A stretch of DNA of 63,429 nucleotides, the filler included. It is 7 parts of 7 records of this genome, joined end to end, with 100 filler letters (N's around TTAATTAATTAA, not from the genome) between each part and the next. Parts side by side here need not be neighbours in the genome. Positions count along the whole stretch, not along the records: positions 1 to 11,370 come from SRR20825014_43; positions 11,471 to 16,779 come from SRR20825014_51; positions 16,880 to 26,667 come from SRR20825014_53; 4 more parts are not named here. One strand, given 5' to 3'. This document shows, piece after piece, positions 10,441 to 20,073 of this stretch. Under the pieces are notes generated by a model. It did no database searches. It was not told the origin of the DNA and worked only from the letters and a program-made list of their open reading frames with translations. Numbering within the stretch: the first letter of the stretch is position 1; every line of letters starts with the position of its first letter. Made by a program: the position numbers and the translations under genes.

Positions 10441-11214
10441 TTAGAACCGGATCATGGATGCCGCAATGATCGGACCGCCACGGCCATCTTGAACAAGAAT
10501 GGCGACCCCGCCATCACAGGCGGCGGTCATGGCAAAGGGGATTTGCTTTGTCGTACCATCCCAAACGCCGAGACTGACCATTTCACGGACGACATTGGCA
10601 TGGACCAGACGTTTTCCGGCATTTTCGCCCGATAAAACATCGCGCTGATGTTCGCGGTCAAACCCGACCAACCAGATCTGAGCATCCTGATGACGTGAGC
10701 CTAAGTTTCCATTTTGAAGGGACACAGTCCCTGTTGCCGGTTGGGTGGTGTCGATAACATTTACCTGAATATCAGCCAGATCCAAAAGCGGATCAACCGA
10801 CGCACTTGTCGATGCGATTTGGCTTTTTGCCGTTGCTCTGACCACGTTATCGCCATTGATAATGATCTGCGGGGTATAGACGTAGCGTTCGCGCATGCGG
10901 TTGGCATAGTCGCGCTGGCGGTCACTGTAGCTGGCATCTGAAAACGGGTCTGTCCACCCCAGATAATTCCAGTAATCGACATGGTATGACAGGACCAGAA
11001 GATCACGATCTTCCTGATTTAACTCATAAAGAACACGATCAGCAGGCGGGCAGGAATTGCACCCTTGCGAGGTATAAAGCTCGACAACGGCACGGGGCAC
11101 TGTGCCTTCGGCGGCCTGTGACGGGCCGGAAAAGGTCAGTGCAGCCAATATAAGTGCGGATACGATGGGGCGCGTATTTTTCATAAAGTGATGATGCCTC
11201 AAAAACACCATCAC
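10441..11214 (-). CDS. DUF1223-family secreted thioredoxin-like protein
   Basis: VVELYTSQGCNSCPPAD, HVDYWNYLGWTDPF, YTPQ, GENAGKRL; start may be 11184. Confidence 0.9.
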   Translation of the reverse strand: MMVFLRHHHFMKNTRPIVSALILAALTFSGPSQAAEGTVPRAVVELYTSQGCNSCPPADRVLYELNQEDRDLLVLSYHVDYWNYLGWTDPFSDASYSDRQRDYANRMRERYVYTPQIIINGDNVVRATAKSQIASTSASVDPLLDLADIQVNVIDTTQPATGTVSLQNGNLGSRHQDAQIWLVGFDREHQRDVLSGENAGKRLVHANVVREMVSLGVWDGTTKQIPFAMTAACDGGVAILVQDGRGGPIIAASMIRF

Positions 11215-11278
11215 CCGCCAATCACAAGGCGTTGAAAACTGCGGGAGCAGGAAAAGATGGACGAATCAACTCGGCAGA

Positions 11279-11311
11279 CAAAAAAACACCCCGCCGGAAA
11301 CCGGCGGGGTG
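11279..11311 (-). terminator. Intrinsic terminator
   Basis: CACCCCGCCGG-AAA-CCGGCGGGGTG stem with a T-run on the minus strand. Confidence 0.85.
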
Positions 11312-11344
11312 TCATATCAGTCAGCTGATGATTTCAGTTTGAAA

Positions 11345-11370
11345 TCAGGCAGCTTTCATCATGTTACGCA
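11345..11370 (-). CDS. 3' end of a truncated gene, possibly aconitate hydratase
   Basis: Reads RNMMKAA* before the terminator; resembles AcnA C-termini and acnA often neighbours DUF1223-ccmA; only 8 codons visible. Confidence 0.4.
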
Positions 11371-11470
11371 NNNNNNNNNNNNNNNNNNNNNNNNNNNNNN
11401 NNNNNNNNNNNNNNTTAATTAATTAANNNNNNNNNNNNNNNNNNNNNNNNNNNNNNNNNNNNNNNNNNNN
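11371..11470. other. Artificial contig linker
   Basis: N44-TTAATTAATTAA-N44, stops in all frames. Confidence 0.99.
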
Positions 11471-11472
11471 CA

Positions 11473-11718
11473 ACATGTCTCATCTACACCCCACCGCAAC
11501 TAAGCGACCATATTGCCATTCGTACTCGGATCTCAATTTCTAGAGCAGCCCCGTGGGGTGATGTCGATCCGACACTCCTCATCGCACAGCTAAAGACACA
11601 GCGTATCGCCTGCCAATACAGGACGACCACCATTGGTATCGCCTCCTTCTTTGCCCCCAAGGCTCCCCCCAAGCCTACTCCCCCACCTTCACAGGAGGTG
11701 ATATCCATAGACGACTAA
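11473..11718 (+). CDS. 3' end of a eukaryotic protein (5'-partial)
   Basis: 82 open codons ending IASFFAPKAPPKPTPPPSQEVISIDD*. Confidence 0.6.
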   Translation, partial: TCLIYTPPQLSDHIAIRTRISISRAAPWGDVDPTLLIAQLKTQRIACQYRTTTIGIASFFAPKAPPKPTPPPSQEVISIDD

Positions 11719-11807
11719 AACTATCCTTTTAAACTGTGTACTATGCATATGATTTGAAGTTTGTGATATGTGCTGATATTATTATTTACTTTTCCCCCCT
11801 AAGAGGT

Positions 11808-13538
11808 ATGTCCGACAACGCACCCAAGGCGCGTCAGCGCACCTACACCACCGTGGGTACGTTATACCCCGTTAGACGTGATGCAAATGGCCGCCAGATC
11901 GCCCCCACTGGGCAGCCTGAATCCAACGAAACAGCTTCCCCAGTAAGTGGAAACGGCAACGTTTCTCGTAGCCACCAACGTAGCTTCGTGCTGCACCCCG
12001 AGCCCCGCCCAACAGGTGTCAATGCAAAGACATGTGCTTGTGCCGACGATTACTTGCGGAAGCAGTTCTGCCTGCTATCCACACCTGCTGGAGCTGCAGT
12101 GTCAACTGGACCCAACGGTAGTCGGCTTGTCAATGAGTGTGTTGTTCCACCCCCACAGCTTCACTTCCATGAACGATTCTTCTCCTGCAGTGTCTGTGCT
12201 GCCCGCCCAGCCCAGAAGCTGTGCTGCAAGACATGGAAGCCCTTCTGCGATAAGCATGCCACTGAGCACTTCAAGGCACGCCCAAGCCACCATGTATTCG
12301 TTAACTACGAGATCTGGCAATACGAGGAGTGTTTCTGGTGTATGAAATGTAACGGCTTCGTCCTATGTGATGCCTTCGATGCCGTCCTAGAGCCCCTTTT
12401 CGTCTCGAAGGGTTCCTTTGTGTCCCTCCCCATGAACTCTGCCCACCCCAACAAGAATGGAGATGGGGAGCCTGTTACCGACAAGCACAGCGATCTTATA
12501 CAAACCAACGTTAGTATCACAGTGGCCAATCCTGCTGTAGTGGCTGGTACCAACCTGCCTTTCAGCTCTGCCCGCGAGGGAGCCTCCCCCTTTAAGTACG
12601 CCCTGTCCATCGGTACCGGCACCATGCAGGGATGGCGTGCAGACAACGAGGATGCCCACGTCGTATGCCTCGGTCTACCAAGCAAGTCCCTGGGAAGGGA
12701 GGGTAATGGATACCTCGATTTATTCGCTGTCTACGATGGCCATGGTGGTCCTCTGGTAGCTCGTTACGCGGGCCAGAAGATGCACGAGCTGTTCAACACT
12801 CTCTATCTCAAGGAGCTAGCGGCCAACGTCCTTCCCGCCTCTATCGACATCCCTACCATGCTGAAGAAGAGCTTCTTGATGGTCGACGAGAACCTCACCA
12901 AGGACACCACCCCTGATGAGAGCGGCAGCACTGGATGCACCGCCAATGTTGTACTTGTAGACCATCTTCACCAGAAGGTCTACTGTGCCAACTCAGGCGA
13001 TGCCCGCAGTGTGTTGTGCCGACGTATCAAGGGAAAGACTGGCCAATACACCTTCAAGGCAATCGATCTCTCAATTGACCACAGGCCCTCCCTCGCTAGT
13101 GAGCGACGACGAATCCAAGCCGCTGGTAGCCGTGTTGCCTTCGATGATGAGGATGAGAGCTGTGGTGGCCGTGTTGAGGGTCTCTTGGCTGTGTCCCGCG
13201 CATTTGGCGATTTTGATTTCAAGCAGGCCAGCTCCCTACCACCCCAGCAGCAGGCCGTGACCTGCTTCCCCGATGTAACCGTTAATAATTTACTGATCAA
13301 AGGCACAGGCGAAGATGGCGACCGTGATGAGTTTGTCCTCACTGCATGTGATGGTATCTGGGATTGTCTTACATCCCAACAGGCATGCGACTTTGTCGTC
13401 GACCAGCTTAAGCGGACTAAGCGTGGAGAGGAGGCTAAGGTCGCCGAGGCCCTGCTCGACAAGTGTGTAGCCAAGGAGATTCCAGAGGACGGTATCGGTA
13501 CGGACAATATGAGCGTCGTGCTTACCGTGTTTTGCTAA
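11808..13538 (+). CDS. Protein phosphatase 2C with N-terminal zf-UBP-like zinc finger
   Basis: MQGWRADNEDAH, DGHGG, ANSGDAR, LAVSRAFGD, CDGIWD, GTDNMS; ATG follows a pyrimidine tract and AG. Confidence 0.92.
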   Translation: MSDNAPKARQRTYTTVGTLYPVRRDANGRQIAPTGQPESNETASPVSGNGNVSRSHQRSFVLHPEPRPTGVNAKTCACADDYLRKQFCLLSTPAGAAVSTGPNGSRLVNECVVPPPQLHFHERFFSCSVCAARPAQKLCCKTWKPFCDKHATEHFKARPSHHVFVNYEIWQYEECFWCMKCNGFVLCDAFDAVLEPLFVSKGSFVSLPMNSAHPNKNGDGEPVTDKHSDLIQTNVSITVANPAVVAGTNLPFSSAREGASPFKYALSIGTGTMQGWRADNEDAHVVCLGLPSKSLGREGNGYLDLFAVYDGHGGPLVARYAGQKMHELFNTLYLKELAANVLPASIDIPTMLKKSFLMVDENLTKDTTPDESGSTGCTANVVLVDHLHQKVYCANSGDARSVLCRRIKGKTGQYTFKAIDLSIDHRPSLASERRRIQAAGSRVAFDDEDESCGGRVEGLLAVSRAFGDFDFKQASSLPPQQQAVTCFPDVTVNNLLIKGTGEDGDRDEFVLTACDGIWDCLTSQQACDFVVDQLKRTKRGEEAKVAEALLDKCVAKEIPEDGIGTDNMSVVLTVFC

Positions 13539-13634
13539 GGACGCTATCGACTATGTGTAATGGCTCTTTGTTGCGGGCATGTTTTTTTATTATTCGATTG
13601 TATGTTTTGTTGGTTATCTTTCCCTTTTAGGCAT

Positions 13635-15242
13635 ATGTTCCTTCCATTATCCAAGGCTCCTAGGAAGCGGAACCCCCTCCAGGTAACCTCCTCCCAGCAG
13701 TACCTCGTAGCCTTCGGTACCTCGGTGTTGGGGGGTGTCGTACTTGGTGGGTATGGCCTCTTCTACATGGTTCAGAAAAGAGAGCGACCCGACGTAGAGA
13801 AACCTGTGGTTCCCATTGAGAGCAATGCCAAGAAGGTTATGATCGTTGGTGGGTCGGCTGCCGGGTCCTCGGCGGCGGCAGTAGTATCTAGGATAGCACC
13901 AGAGGCCGAAATAACAGTATTCGAGCCGTGCATGGAGTCAACCCTCCTAACCCACTGGCCCCTCGCACAGGCTGGCCACAGAAGCTACGACCTTGCGACG
14001 GGAGCACCCAAGACGCTTGTGTGCCCCACCAGTTGGACGGTAACACGCGATGTCCGTCTAGTCCGCGAAAGTGTCAAGAGTATCAGCCCTAGCACCAACA
14101 CATTGATAGATGGCAGTGGTGCCACTCACAAGTACGATGCACTTATCCTTGCATGTGGTAGTCAGCCCAATATCGAAGGCTGTGGGGTGGAGGGACTATC
14201 CGACGCCACCATCGATAGGCACAGGGTGTGTATGTCCCCCGGCATCACCAGGGACACACTAGCATCGATATACAGTGGGGACATCCTGTGTGCCAAACTA
14301 TCCTGTTCACACGGAGGTGCACCAGGTAAACCTTTTAACATGCGTACATTTGCCCCACATCTACACGCTAGATCGACGTGGTATGAGCGACAATGCGATT
14401 CGGCATTCCCTGCCTCGGTGAATATGTTGTGGATGTTTGCCGACTACTTTAGAAAGGACCGGTTCCATATCAAGGCCTTCACTGATGAGGACTCCCCTTG
14501 CAAGGGCCTTACCTTTGGGGATCCCTCCTCCCCTAACACCCTCTACAGCACTTCTATATTGGACCTATGGTCGGCTAGGAATAAGCTGCACTACTACCCC
14601 AACCAGAGGCTAGTGGGCATCAATGCCGTCGATTCGGTGGCTGTATTCGAGGAGGTCCCACAGGGCATTATCGGCCCCCCAAAGAGGACATCGGTCCCCT
14701 TCAAACTATTGTACCTCGACCTACCAAGGAAGGCACCACGCATGATCGAAGAGAGCGGTCTTAGCGGCTTTTCGGGCCCCAAATCGAAGGATTCGGCAGG
14801 TTTTGTGGCGGTAGACAAGCATACCCTCCAACATGTTAGACACCCCAATATCTTTGCCGTTGGGGATTGTGCTGCTCTTCCCACCATCAAGTCGTACTCA
14901 GGGGCCTTTACCCAAGTACATGTGGCAGCACACAATGTGGCCCAGATACTAGAGGGTAAGGAGGAGCTGTCTGCCCAATACGACGGGTTTGCTAGTATGG
15001 CCCTCCCCATGACCCCTTTCCGGTACATGCTACCCGAGGTGAAATACGGGGCTGGGGACCACATGGACAGGAGTAATAAGCTGTGGTGGGATGATAGTGC
15101 GTGGAAGGATCTCAGGGGGTTCGTCAACGCCATCCCCCATCAGTTCTATGCCTACGAACTGTTCCATTGGTTCGTATTCATGAGGGGCCATTGGAACCCC
15201 CCCACTTGGTTCACACTCCCCGACTTTGAAAAGCAGGCGTAA
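13635..15242 (+). CDS. Sulfide:quinone oxidoreductase-like flavoprotein
   Basis: VMIVGGSAAG, YDALILACG, VDKHTLQHVRHPNIFAVGDCAALPTIK, YDGF; ATG after TTTCCCTTTTAG. Confidence 0.8.
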   Translation: MFLPLSKAPRKRNPLQVTSSQQYLVAFGTSVLGGVVLGGYGLFYMVQKRERPDVEKPVVPIESNAKKVMIVGGSAAGSSAAAVVSRIAPEAEITVFEPCMESTLLTHWPLAQAGHRSYDLATGAPKTLVCPTSWTVTRDVRLVRESVKSISPSTNTLIDGSGATHKYDALILACGSQPNIEGCGVEGLSDATIDRHRVCMSPGITRDTLASIYSGDILCAKLSCSHGGAPGKPFNMRTFAPHLHARSTWYERQCDSAFPASVNMLWMFADYFRKDRFHIKAFTDEDSPCKGLTFGDPSSPNTLYSTSILDLWSARNKLHYYPNQRLVGINAVDSVAVFEEVPQGIIGPPKRTSVPFKLLYLDLPRKAPRMIEESGLSGFSGPKSKDSAGFVAVDKHTLQHVRHPNIFAVGDCAALPTIKSYSGAFTQVHVAAHNVAQILEGKEELSAQYDGFASMALPMTPFRYMLPEVKYGAGDHMDRSNKLWWDDSAWKDLRGFVNAIPHQFYAYELFHWFVFMRGHWNPPTWFTLPDFEKQA

Positions 15243-15346
15243 ATACGTAGCTGCCCGTATATTTATTAGTAATATTTACTGTGCATTTTTATTTCAATTT
15301 TCATCTTCTTGCAAACATTCAAATCAACATTTCCCTCATTAAAGTC

Positions 15347-16756
15347 ATGTCCACATTACCAGCAGGAGTAATCGGTGCCAATGTGCTCGAACTATCCTAT
15401 GAGGCCAACACGGCATATCAAACCGCCCTGAAGGCTGTCCACGAGCTTGTGTCGGCCTCCGTCGAGGGGGCAGCAGCGGCGGTTAACGACCCCCGTGGTT
15501 TTGCCCTACTAGTAAGGGATCTCTCCACCAAGATCCATCTGTCCTTCGAGGCATTCGTAGGGTCGGTAGCTTCTGATACCCGCACCAAGAGGGCAGGGGA
15601 GATTGTGTTCCCCTGGAACCGTATGCTCACTGCCGAGACCAAGAAGGACGACATGCCCCACCTCGTACCTACCCGACAGACAGATAACCACATTGCCCCA
15701 TCTAGGCACCAGACGCTATCCCTGACCACGGCCATAGGGGCCAGTGTGGCGATGAACTTCGATGCCTTAGCTCGGCTAGCTAAGGCCGATGAGGGAATGG
15801 TGCTGCAGGTGGTACCCAAAGGCAACGGTACCGACGTGCAGGCTGCTTGCCTGTTCGGAACACAGCGGAGCCCTGCCTCCGTACGCTTCTCCGCCGATAC
15901 CGGTGTCGTGGGATCAGTTCTCAGGACGGGTGTTGGATTGAACATTTCCCCCGAGCAGCCCACATCGACCTACTCGGCCATGTTGTGCTTTCCTATATTT
16001 AGTGTAGACCGTCACAGCGAGCCTATTGGGGTGGTGATATTGGAGCGTAAGTGGGGTACCATAGAGGGATTTGGTAAGCACGAGGAGCTATTGTTGGAGG
16101 GGTACTGCCAGATAGTCCCCAAAATGCTCACTGGCTATGGGGTACCGGTATCCTTCGACTCCTATGAGGTACTGGTGAGGGAGGCACCCCACCTGGCCAG
16201 CTCATATAAACAGATTGGGAAGGAGAGTAGTGTCCACGATAGGAAGGCACTGCTGGACGAGTCTGCACCCCCTAAGAAGGCCCCCAGTAGGTACGCTGAG
16301 GCCGGTAAGATTGCCAACATGCTGATTGAAGCATGCGGCACCACCGTGGGGACGTCGGCAGGGGCTGTGTCCAAGTTGGCAACCCTCGCCTCTGTCCAGC
16401 CCCCCTCCCAAATGGTGCTCCGGACCACACACCACGCCCACTTCACAAAGGCCCGAGTCAAGCCCCTCCATTCACCCCTTACTCTTGCCGCCCAGAATGT
16501 TGTCGATGTGGCCGAGTATGTCGCTACAGTAGAAGAGTGTTGGAGGAGGAGTACTGACGACGTGCAGGCCCTCAATGCCCAGCAGATATCCAGTGCGGTG
16601 GAGGTGAAGGAGCGTCGTATGGCCGTCAAGGAGCTCCATACAAGGATTGCCCGACTAGAACAGGTGGCTAACCAATACAAGGAGCGGTACGAGGACCTAC
16701 GGCTGGAGCTGATGGTTGCATGTGAGGCCCCAGTGGGCGATGACAGCCCCCCCTAA
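15347..16756 (+). CDS. GAF-domain protein with C-terminal coiled coil
   Basis: TGVVGSVLRTG..LNI, MLCFPI..PIGVVILERK..GFGKHEELLL; heptad-rich C-terminus. Confidence 0.7.
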   Translation: MSTLPAGVIGANVLELSYEANTAYQTALKAVHELVSASVEGAAAAVNDPRGFALLVRDLSTKIHLSFEAFVGSVASDTRTKRAGEIVFPWNRMLTAETKKDDMPHLVPTRQTDNHIAPSRHQTLSLTTAIGASVAMNFDALARLAKADEGMVLQVVPKGNGTDVQAACLFGTQRSPASVRFSADTGVVGSVLRTGVGLNISPEQPTSTYSAMLCFPIFSVDRHSEPIGVVILERKWGTIEGFGKHEELLLEGYCQIVPKMLTGYGVPVSFDSYEVLVREAPHLASSYKQIGKESSVHDRKALLDESAPPKKAPSRYAEAGKIANMLIEACGTTVGTSAGAVSKLATLASVQPPSQMVLRTTHHAHFTKARVKPLHSPLTLAAQNVVDVAEYVATVEECWRRSTDDVQALNAQQISSAVEVKERRMAVKELHTRIARLEQVANQYKERYEDLRLELMVACEAPVGDDSPP

Positions 16757-16779
16757 CCATGTACAATTATATTTTAATG

Positions 16780-16879
16780 NNNNNNNNNNNNNNNNNNNNN
16801 NNNNNNNNNNNNNNNNNNNNNNNTTAATTAATTAANNNNNNNNNNNNNNNNNNNNNNNNNNNNNNNNNNNNNNNNNNNN
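16780..16879. other. Artificial contig linker
   Basis: N44-TTAATTAATTAA-N44. Confidence 0.99.
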
Positions 16880-16880
16880 T

Positions 16881-17882
16881 CCCAAGGATCGCGAAGCCCG
16901 CCCGCTGGGCGCGCGCCAACGCGGATTTATCGCGCTGGCCGAAGCCCTTGTTGCCCGTGGCCACAAGGTTGAAGCCCGCCGGAACGGTGGCATTGACCTT
17001 GATCATCATGGTGTCGCCTGGCGACAGCTTGACAGTGCCATGCCGCCCTTTGGCGGGGATCCGGTGGATCGGGTTCTGGTGTGGCGCGATGCGGAATTGC
17101 TGCGTCATCCCTCAATCCCCGAAGGTGCCGATTGCTGGCTTTGGTTTGATGGCATGGAGTCCGATCTGAATGCGGATAAGGCGCGTCTGGCATTGCTTGA
17201 AACCGGTGCGCAGGTGATTTTCACCCACGAGGATCAGGGCAAGGCATTTGATGGCGATATCGCCAAACGCCCGATTGTGATTGCGCCGGGGGCGTGTCCG
17301 GCCTTTGCCATGGCATCAAACATGCACTGGGCGTTCGAGAGCCGCGAAAACCTTGCCGTGACGGTCGCCAACAGCAAAACCGGCATTGCCCAGATCATCC
17401 GCATCTGGTCGGCTTATGTCGCACCCAAGGTGCCCGGTGCCATTCTGGAAATTTATGCCGCCGACCTGTTCTTGGCGATGGCGGGCGAAAATGACGATGT
17501 TTCCGGCGAACTCGTCGAGATGGTGCGCGACAATATCGACAAGGGTGTGCGCGTCTGCCACCCGATGCCCGAGACCGACATGGCCGAACGTGTCGCAACC
17601 GCGCGGGCGTTTCTGCATCACGGCAAATACGGCAATGATCAGGTCGGCCAATGGATTTACGATGCGCTGGCGGCGGCAACCCCGGTTGTGTCCTATGGCG
17701 GGATTGCCTCGGCGCGGGTCGAAAACGGCAAGACCGGCTATATTGTTCCCGATGAAACGGCTTATGGCAATCTGGTGATGCAGTTGCTGGCCGACCGGCA
17801 GATTTTTGCCAGCCAGTCCGAAGCGGCGCGCAACAGCCGCCGCGAATGGCTTAAAGTCGCTGGCGAGCTGGAGAAACTTTAA
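16881..17882 (+). CDS. Glycosyltransferase, GT-B/GT4-like (5'-partial)
   Basis: Frame open from contig edge: LAEALVARGHKV; DALAAATPVV; VENGKTGYIV. Confidence 0.75.
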   Translation, partial: PKDREARPLGARQRGFIALAEALVARGHKVEARRNGGIDLDHHGVAWRQLDSAMPPFGGDPVDRVLVWRDAELLRHPSIPEGADCWLWFDGMESDLNADKARLALLETGAQVIFTHEDQGKAFDGDIAKRPIVIAPGACPAFAMASNMHWAFESRENLAVTVANSKTGIAQIIRIWSAYVAPKVPGAILEIYAADLFLAMAGENDDVSGELVEMVRDNIDKGVRVCHPMPETDMAERVATARAFLHHGKYGNDQVGQWIYDALAAATPVVSYGGIASARVENGKTGYIVPDETAYGNLVMQLLADRQIFASQSEAARNSRREWLKVAGELEKL

Positions 17883-17885
17883 ACC

Positions 17886-18857
17886 GTGCGTTTACTGTTC
17901 ATCACTTCGAACCGGCTGGGCGATGCCGTTCTTTCGACATCGGTGCTGCGCCACTATGTCGAAACCTATCCCGGCATCAGGGTGACGGTTGCCTGCGGCC
18001 CGGTCGCCGCCCCGATTTTTGAAGCGGTGCCGGGGCTTGAACGCATCATCGAAATGCCAAAACAGAAACGCGGCGGCCATTGGTGGAAGCTTTGGAAGTC
18101 GGTCGCGTTTCGCTGGTGGGATATCATCGTCGACCTGCGCGGGAGTGCGACGGCTTATGTGTTGCCTGGCTGGAAGCGGGTGGTCCTGCCGGGAAATGAC
18201 GATGAAATGCACCGGGTTGAACAGCTGGGACAATTAATTGGTGTTGATCCCGCACCCGAGCCATTCGTCTGGACCGCGCCTGAGCATGAAAATCGTGCTT
18301 CGGAAATTCTTCCCGATGACGGGCGGCTGCTTCTGGTCGTTGGGCCAAGTGCCAACTGGATCGGTAAAACATGGCGTCCCGAACGTTTTGCCGAGGCGAT
18401 TGCCGAACTCAGAGCCGTTGGCGGGCCTCTTGAAGATGCCAATGTTTTGCTTGTCGGGGCCCCAAACGAACGGACGGCATCCGAGCCGGTGATTGCGTCC
18501 ATTCCAGAAAATAGACGGACCGAGATTTTTGGCACCGAACATCTTCTGACGGTCATGGCCTGTCTGCGTCGCGCCAGCCTGTATCTGGGAAATGATTCGG
18601 GGCTTATGCATATGGCGGCCGCGACAGGTAACCCGACCATAGGATTGTTTGGCCCATCGCGTGATGAACATTATCGTCCGTACTCAAAGTGGGGCAGGGC
18701 CGTTCGTACCGATTGGTCCTATGATAAAATCATCGAAAATCGTTCAAGCCCGTTATCCAAAGAAGTTTTGATGGATACCTTACCGGTCGAAAAGGTTGTC
18801 TCTGCGACCAGAGTGCTTCTGGAAGATTATCGGAAAGAGGAAAAACAGAATGGCTGA
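17886..18857 (+). CDS. Glycosyltransferase family 9 (LPS heptosyltransferase-like)
   Basis: SNRLGDAVL, KTWRPERF, GNDSGLMHMAAA, GLFGPS. Confidence 0.9.
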   Translation: MRLLFITSNRLGDAVLSTSVLRHYVETYPGIRVTVACGPVAAPIFEAVPGLERIIEMPKQKRGGHWWKLWKSVAFRWWDIIVDLRGSATAYVLPGWKRVVLPGNDDEMHRVEQLGQLIGVDPAPEPFVWTAPEHENRASEILPDDGRLLLVVGPSANWIGKTWRPERFAEAIAELRAVGGPLEDANVLLVGAPNERTASEPVIASIPENRRTEIFGTEHLLTVMACLRRASLYLGNDSGLMHMAAATGNPTIGLFGPSRDEHYRPYSKWGRAVRTDWSYDKIIENRSSPLSKEVLMDTLPVEKVVSATRVLLEDYRKEEKQNG

Positions 18858-19614
18858 CAAAGCGCCGCGTCTTTCAGTTGTTATGTGTGCTCATAACGAG
18901 GAAGAGCGACTTCCATCGTGTCTTGCGCATCTTGGCTTTGCCGATGAGATCATTGTTCTGTGCGATAAATGCACGGATCGTACGGAAGAAATCGCGCGCG
19001 AGTTTGGCGCAAAGACGATTGTTGGCAGTTGGGATATTGAAGGTGAACGACGCAACCGGGTGCTTCAGGAAGCAACCGGCGACTGGATTTTCGAAGTCGA
19101 TGCTGACGAGCATGTGAACGAAGAACTCGGCAAATCGATCCGCAACGCCATCGTCGATACCGAGTTCGATTGCTTTGTAATTTCTGTCCACAATTATATT
19201 GGCAAACGACTGGTCCGGTATGGATGGGGGGCATCCTATGGAACCTCCGCTGTAAGACGTCTGTTTCGTGCGGGGCGGAAGACCTGGGGACTTCAGCGCG
19301 TCCACCCTTCTTTTGAATTGATCGGGCGTACCGGGCCGAGGCTTGATGGTGCTCTTTTGCATTATGTCGACAGGAATATTTCCGACATGATCAAAAGGCT
19401 CGATAGCTATACCACCGCCCGTGCCGCCGATTTGCGGGCAAGCGGCAACATAGGCAGTTTTGCAAACAATTTTCGCCGCATCTTTTCCCGGTTCTTCCGC
19501 TGCTTTGTTTCCCGTAAGGGTTACAAGGAAAAGGGAATGGGGTTTCTGATTGCTTTGTTTGCCGCATTGTTCCCGTTACTGTCCTACCTTAAAGCGCGTT
19601 ACGATGACGAATAG
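18850..19614 (+). CDS. Glycosyltransferase family 2 (WaaE/KdtX-like)
   Basis: LSVVMCAHNEE, DWIFEVDADE, RVHP. Confidence 0.88.
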   Translation: MADKAPRLSVVMCAHNEEERLPSCLAHLGFADEIIVLCDKCTDRTEEIAREFGAKTIVGSWDIEGERRNRVLQEATGDWIFEVDADEHVNEELGKSIRNAIVDTEFDCFVISVHNYIGKRLVRYGWGASYGTSAVRRLFRAGRKTWGLQRVHPSFELIGRTGPRLDGALLHYVDRNISDMIKRLDSYTTARAADLRASGNIGSFANNFRRIFSRFFRCFVSRKGYKEKGMGFLIALFAALFPLLSYLKARYDDE

Positions 19615-19741
19615 GCTCGCGGCTTCATGTTAGGAGTCTCACGGTCGGGACAATCTTGTTTGGAATGAACGGGGAACAATTCGCATGCTAATGCATTTGC
19701 TTATCATGTGAATTTTGTTTCAACTGTTCCGGACCAGAAAG

Positions 19742-20017
19742 ATGATCCGTACCGAGCATCTGACAATGATCGTGGTGTTGCTGTTTGCCGTTTCCATGGC
19801 GTGGCTTCAGGTGGCTGTGGGGGATCAGAGAACCCAGCTCAATCTTGTGCCGGTTCCGGACTATAAAGCCGGGTTTGAAATGTATGCCATCCGTTATGGG
19901 AATGCCGATAACGCATCTTGTGGCAGTCTGTGCGGTGCATTTGATCTGGAAAAGGCCAGTTCAATAGGCGGCGCATATATGCAGGTAAGCCTTCCTCTGG
20001 ATACGGCGCGTCGCTGA
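19742..20017 (+). CDS. Small hypothetical exported/membrane protein
   Basis: ORF with an N-terminal hydrophobic segment in an intergenic gap. Confidence 0.5.
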   Translation: MIRTEHLTMIVVLLFAVSMAWLQVAVGDQRTQLNLVPVPDYKAGFEMYAIRYGNADNASCGSLCGAFDLEKASSIGGAYMQVSLPLDTARR

Positions 20018-20073
20018 TATCGCCAAGTCGACCTGACGCGTTGGTAATGCAGGGTTAATGTCTGGAGTATCCA

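Noticed and set aside
11341-16900. Horizontal transfer of eukaryotic genes into a bacterium
   Set aside because: The eukaryotic genes are bounded by linkers on both sides, so there is no physical linkage.
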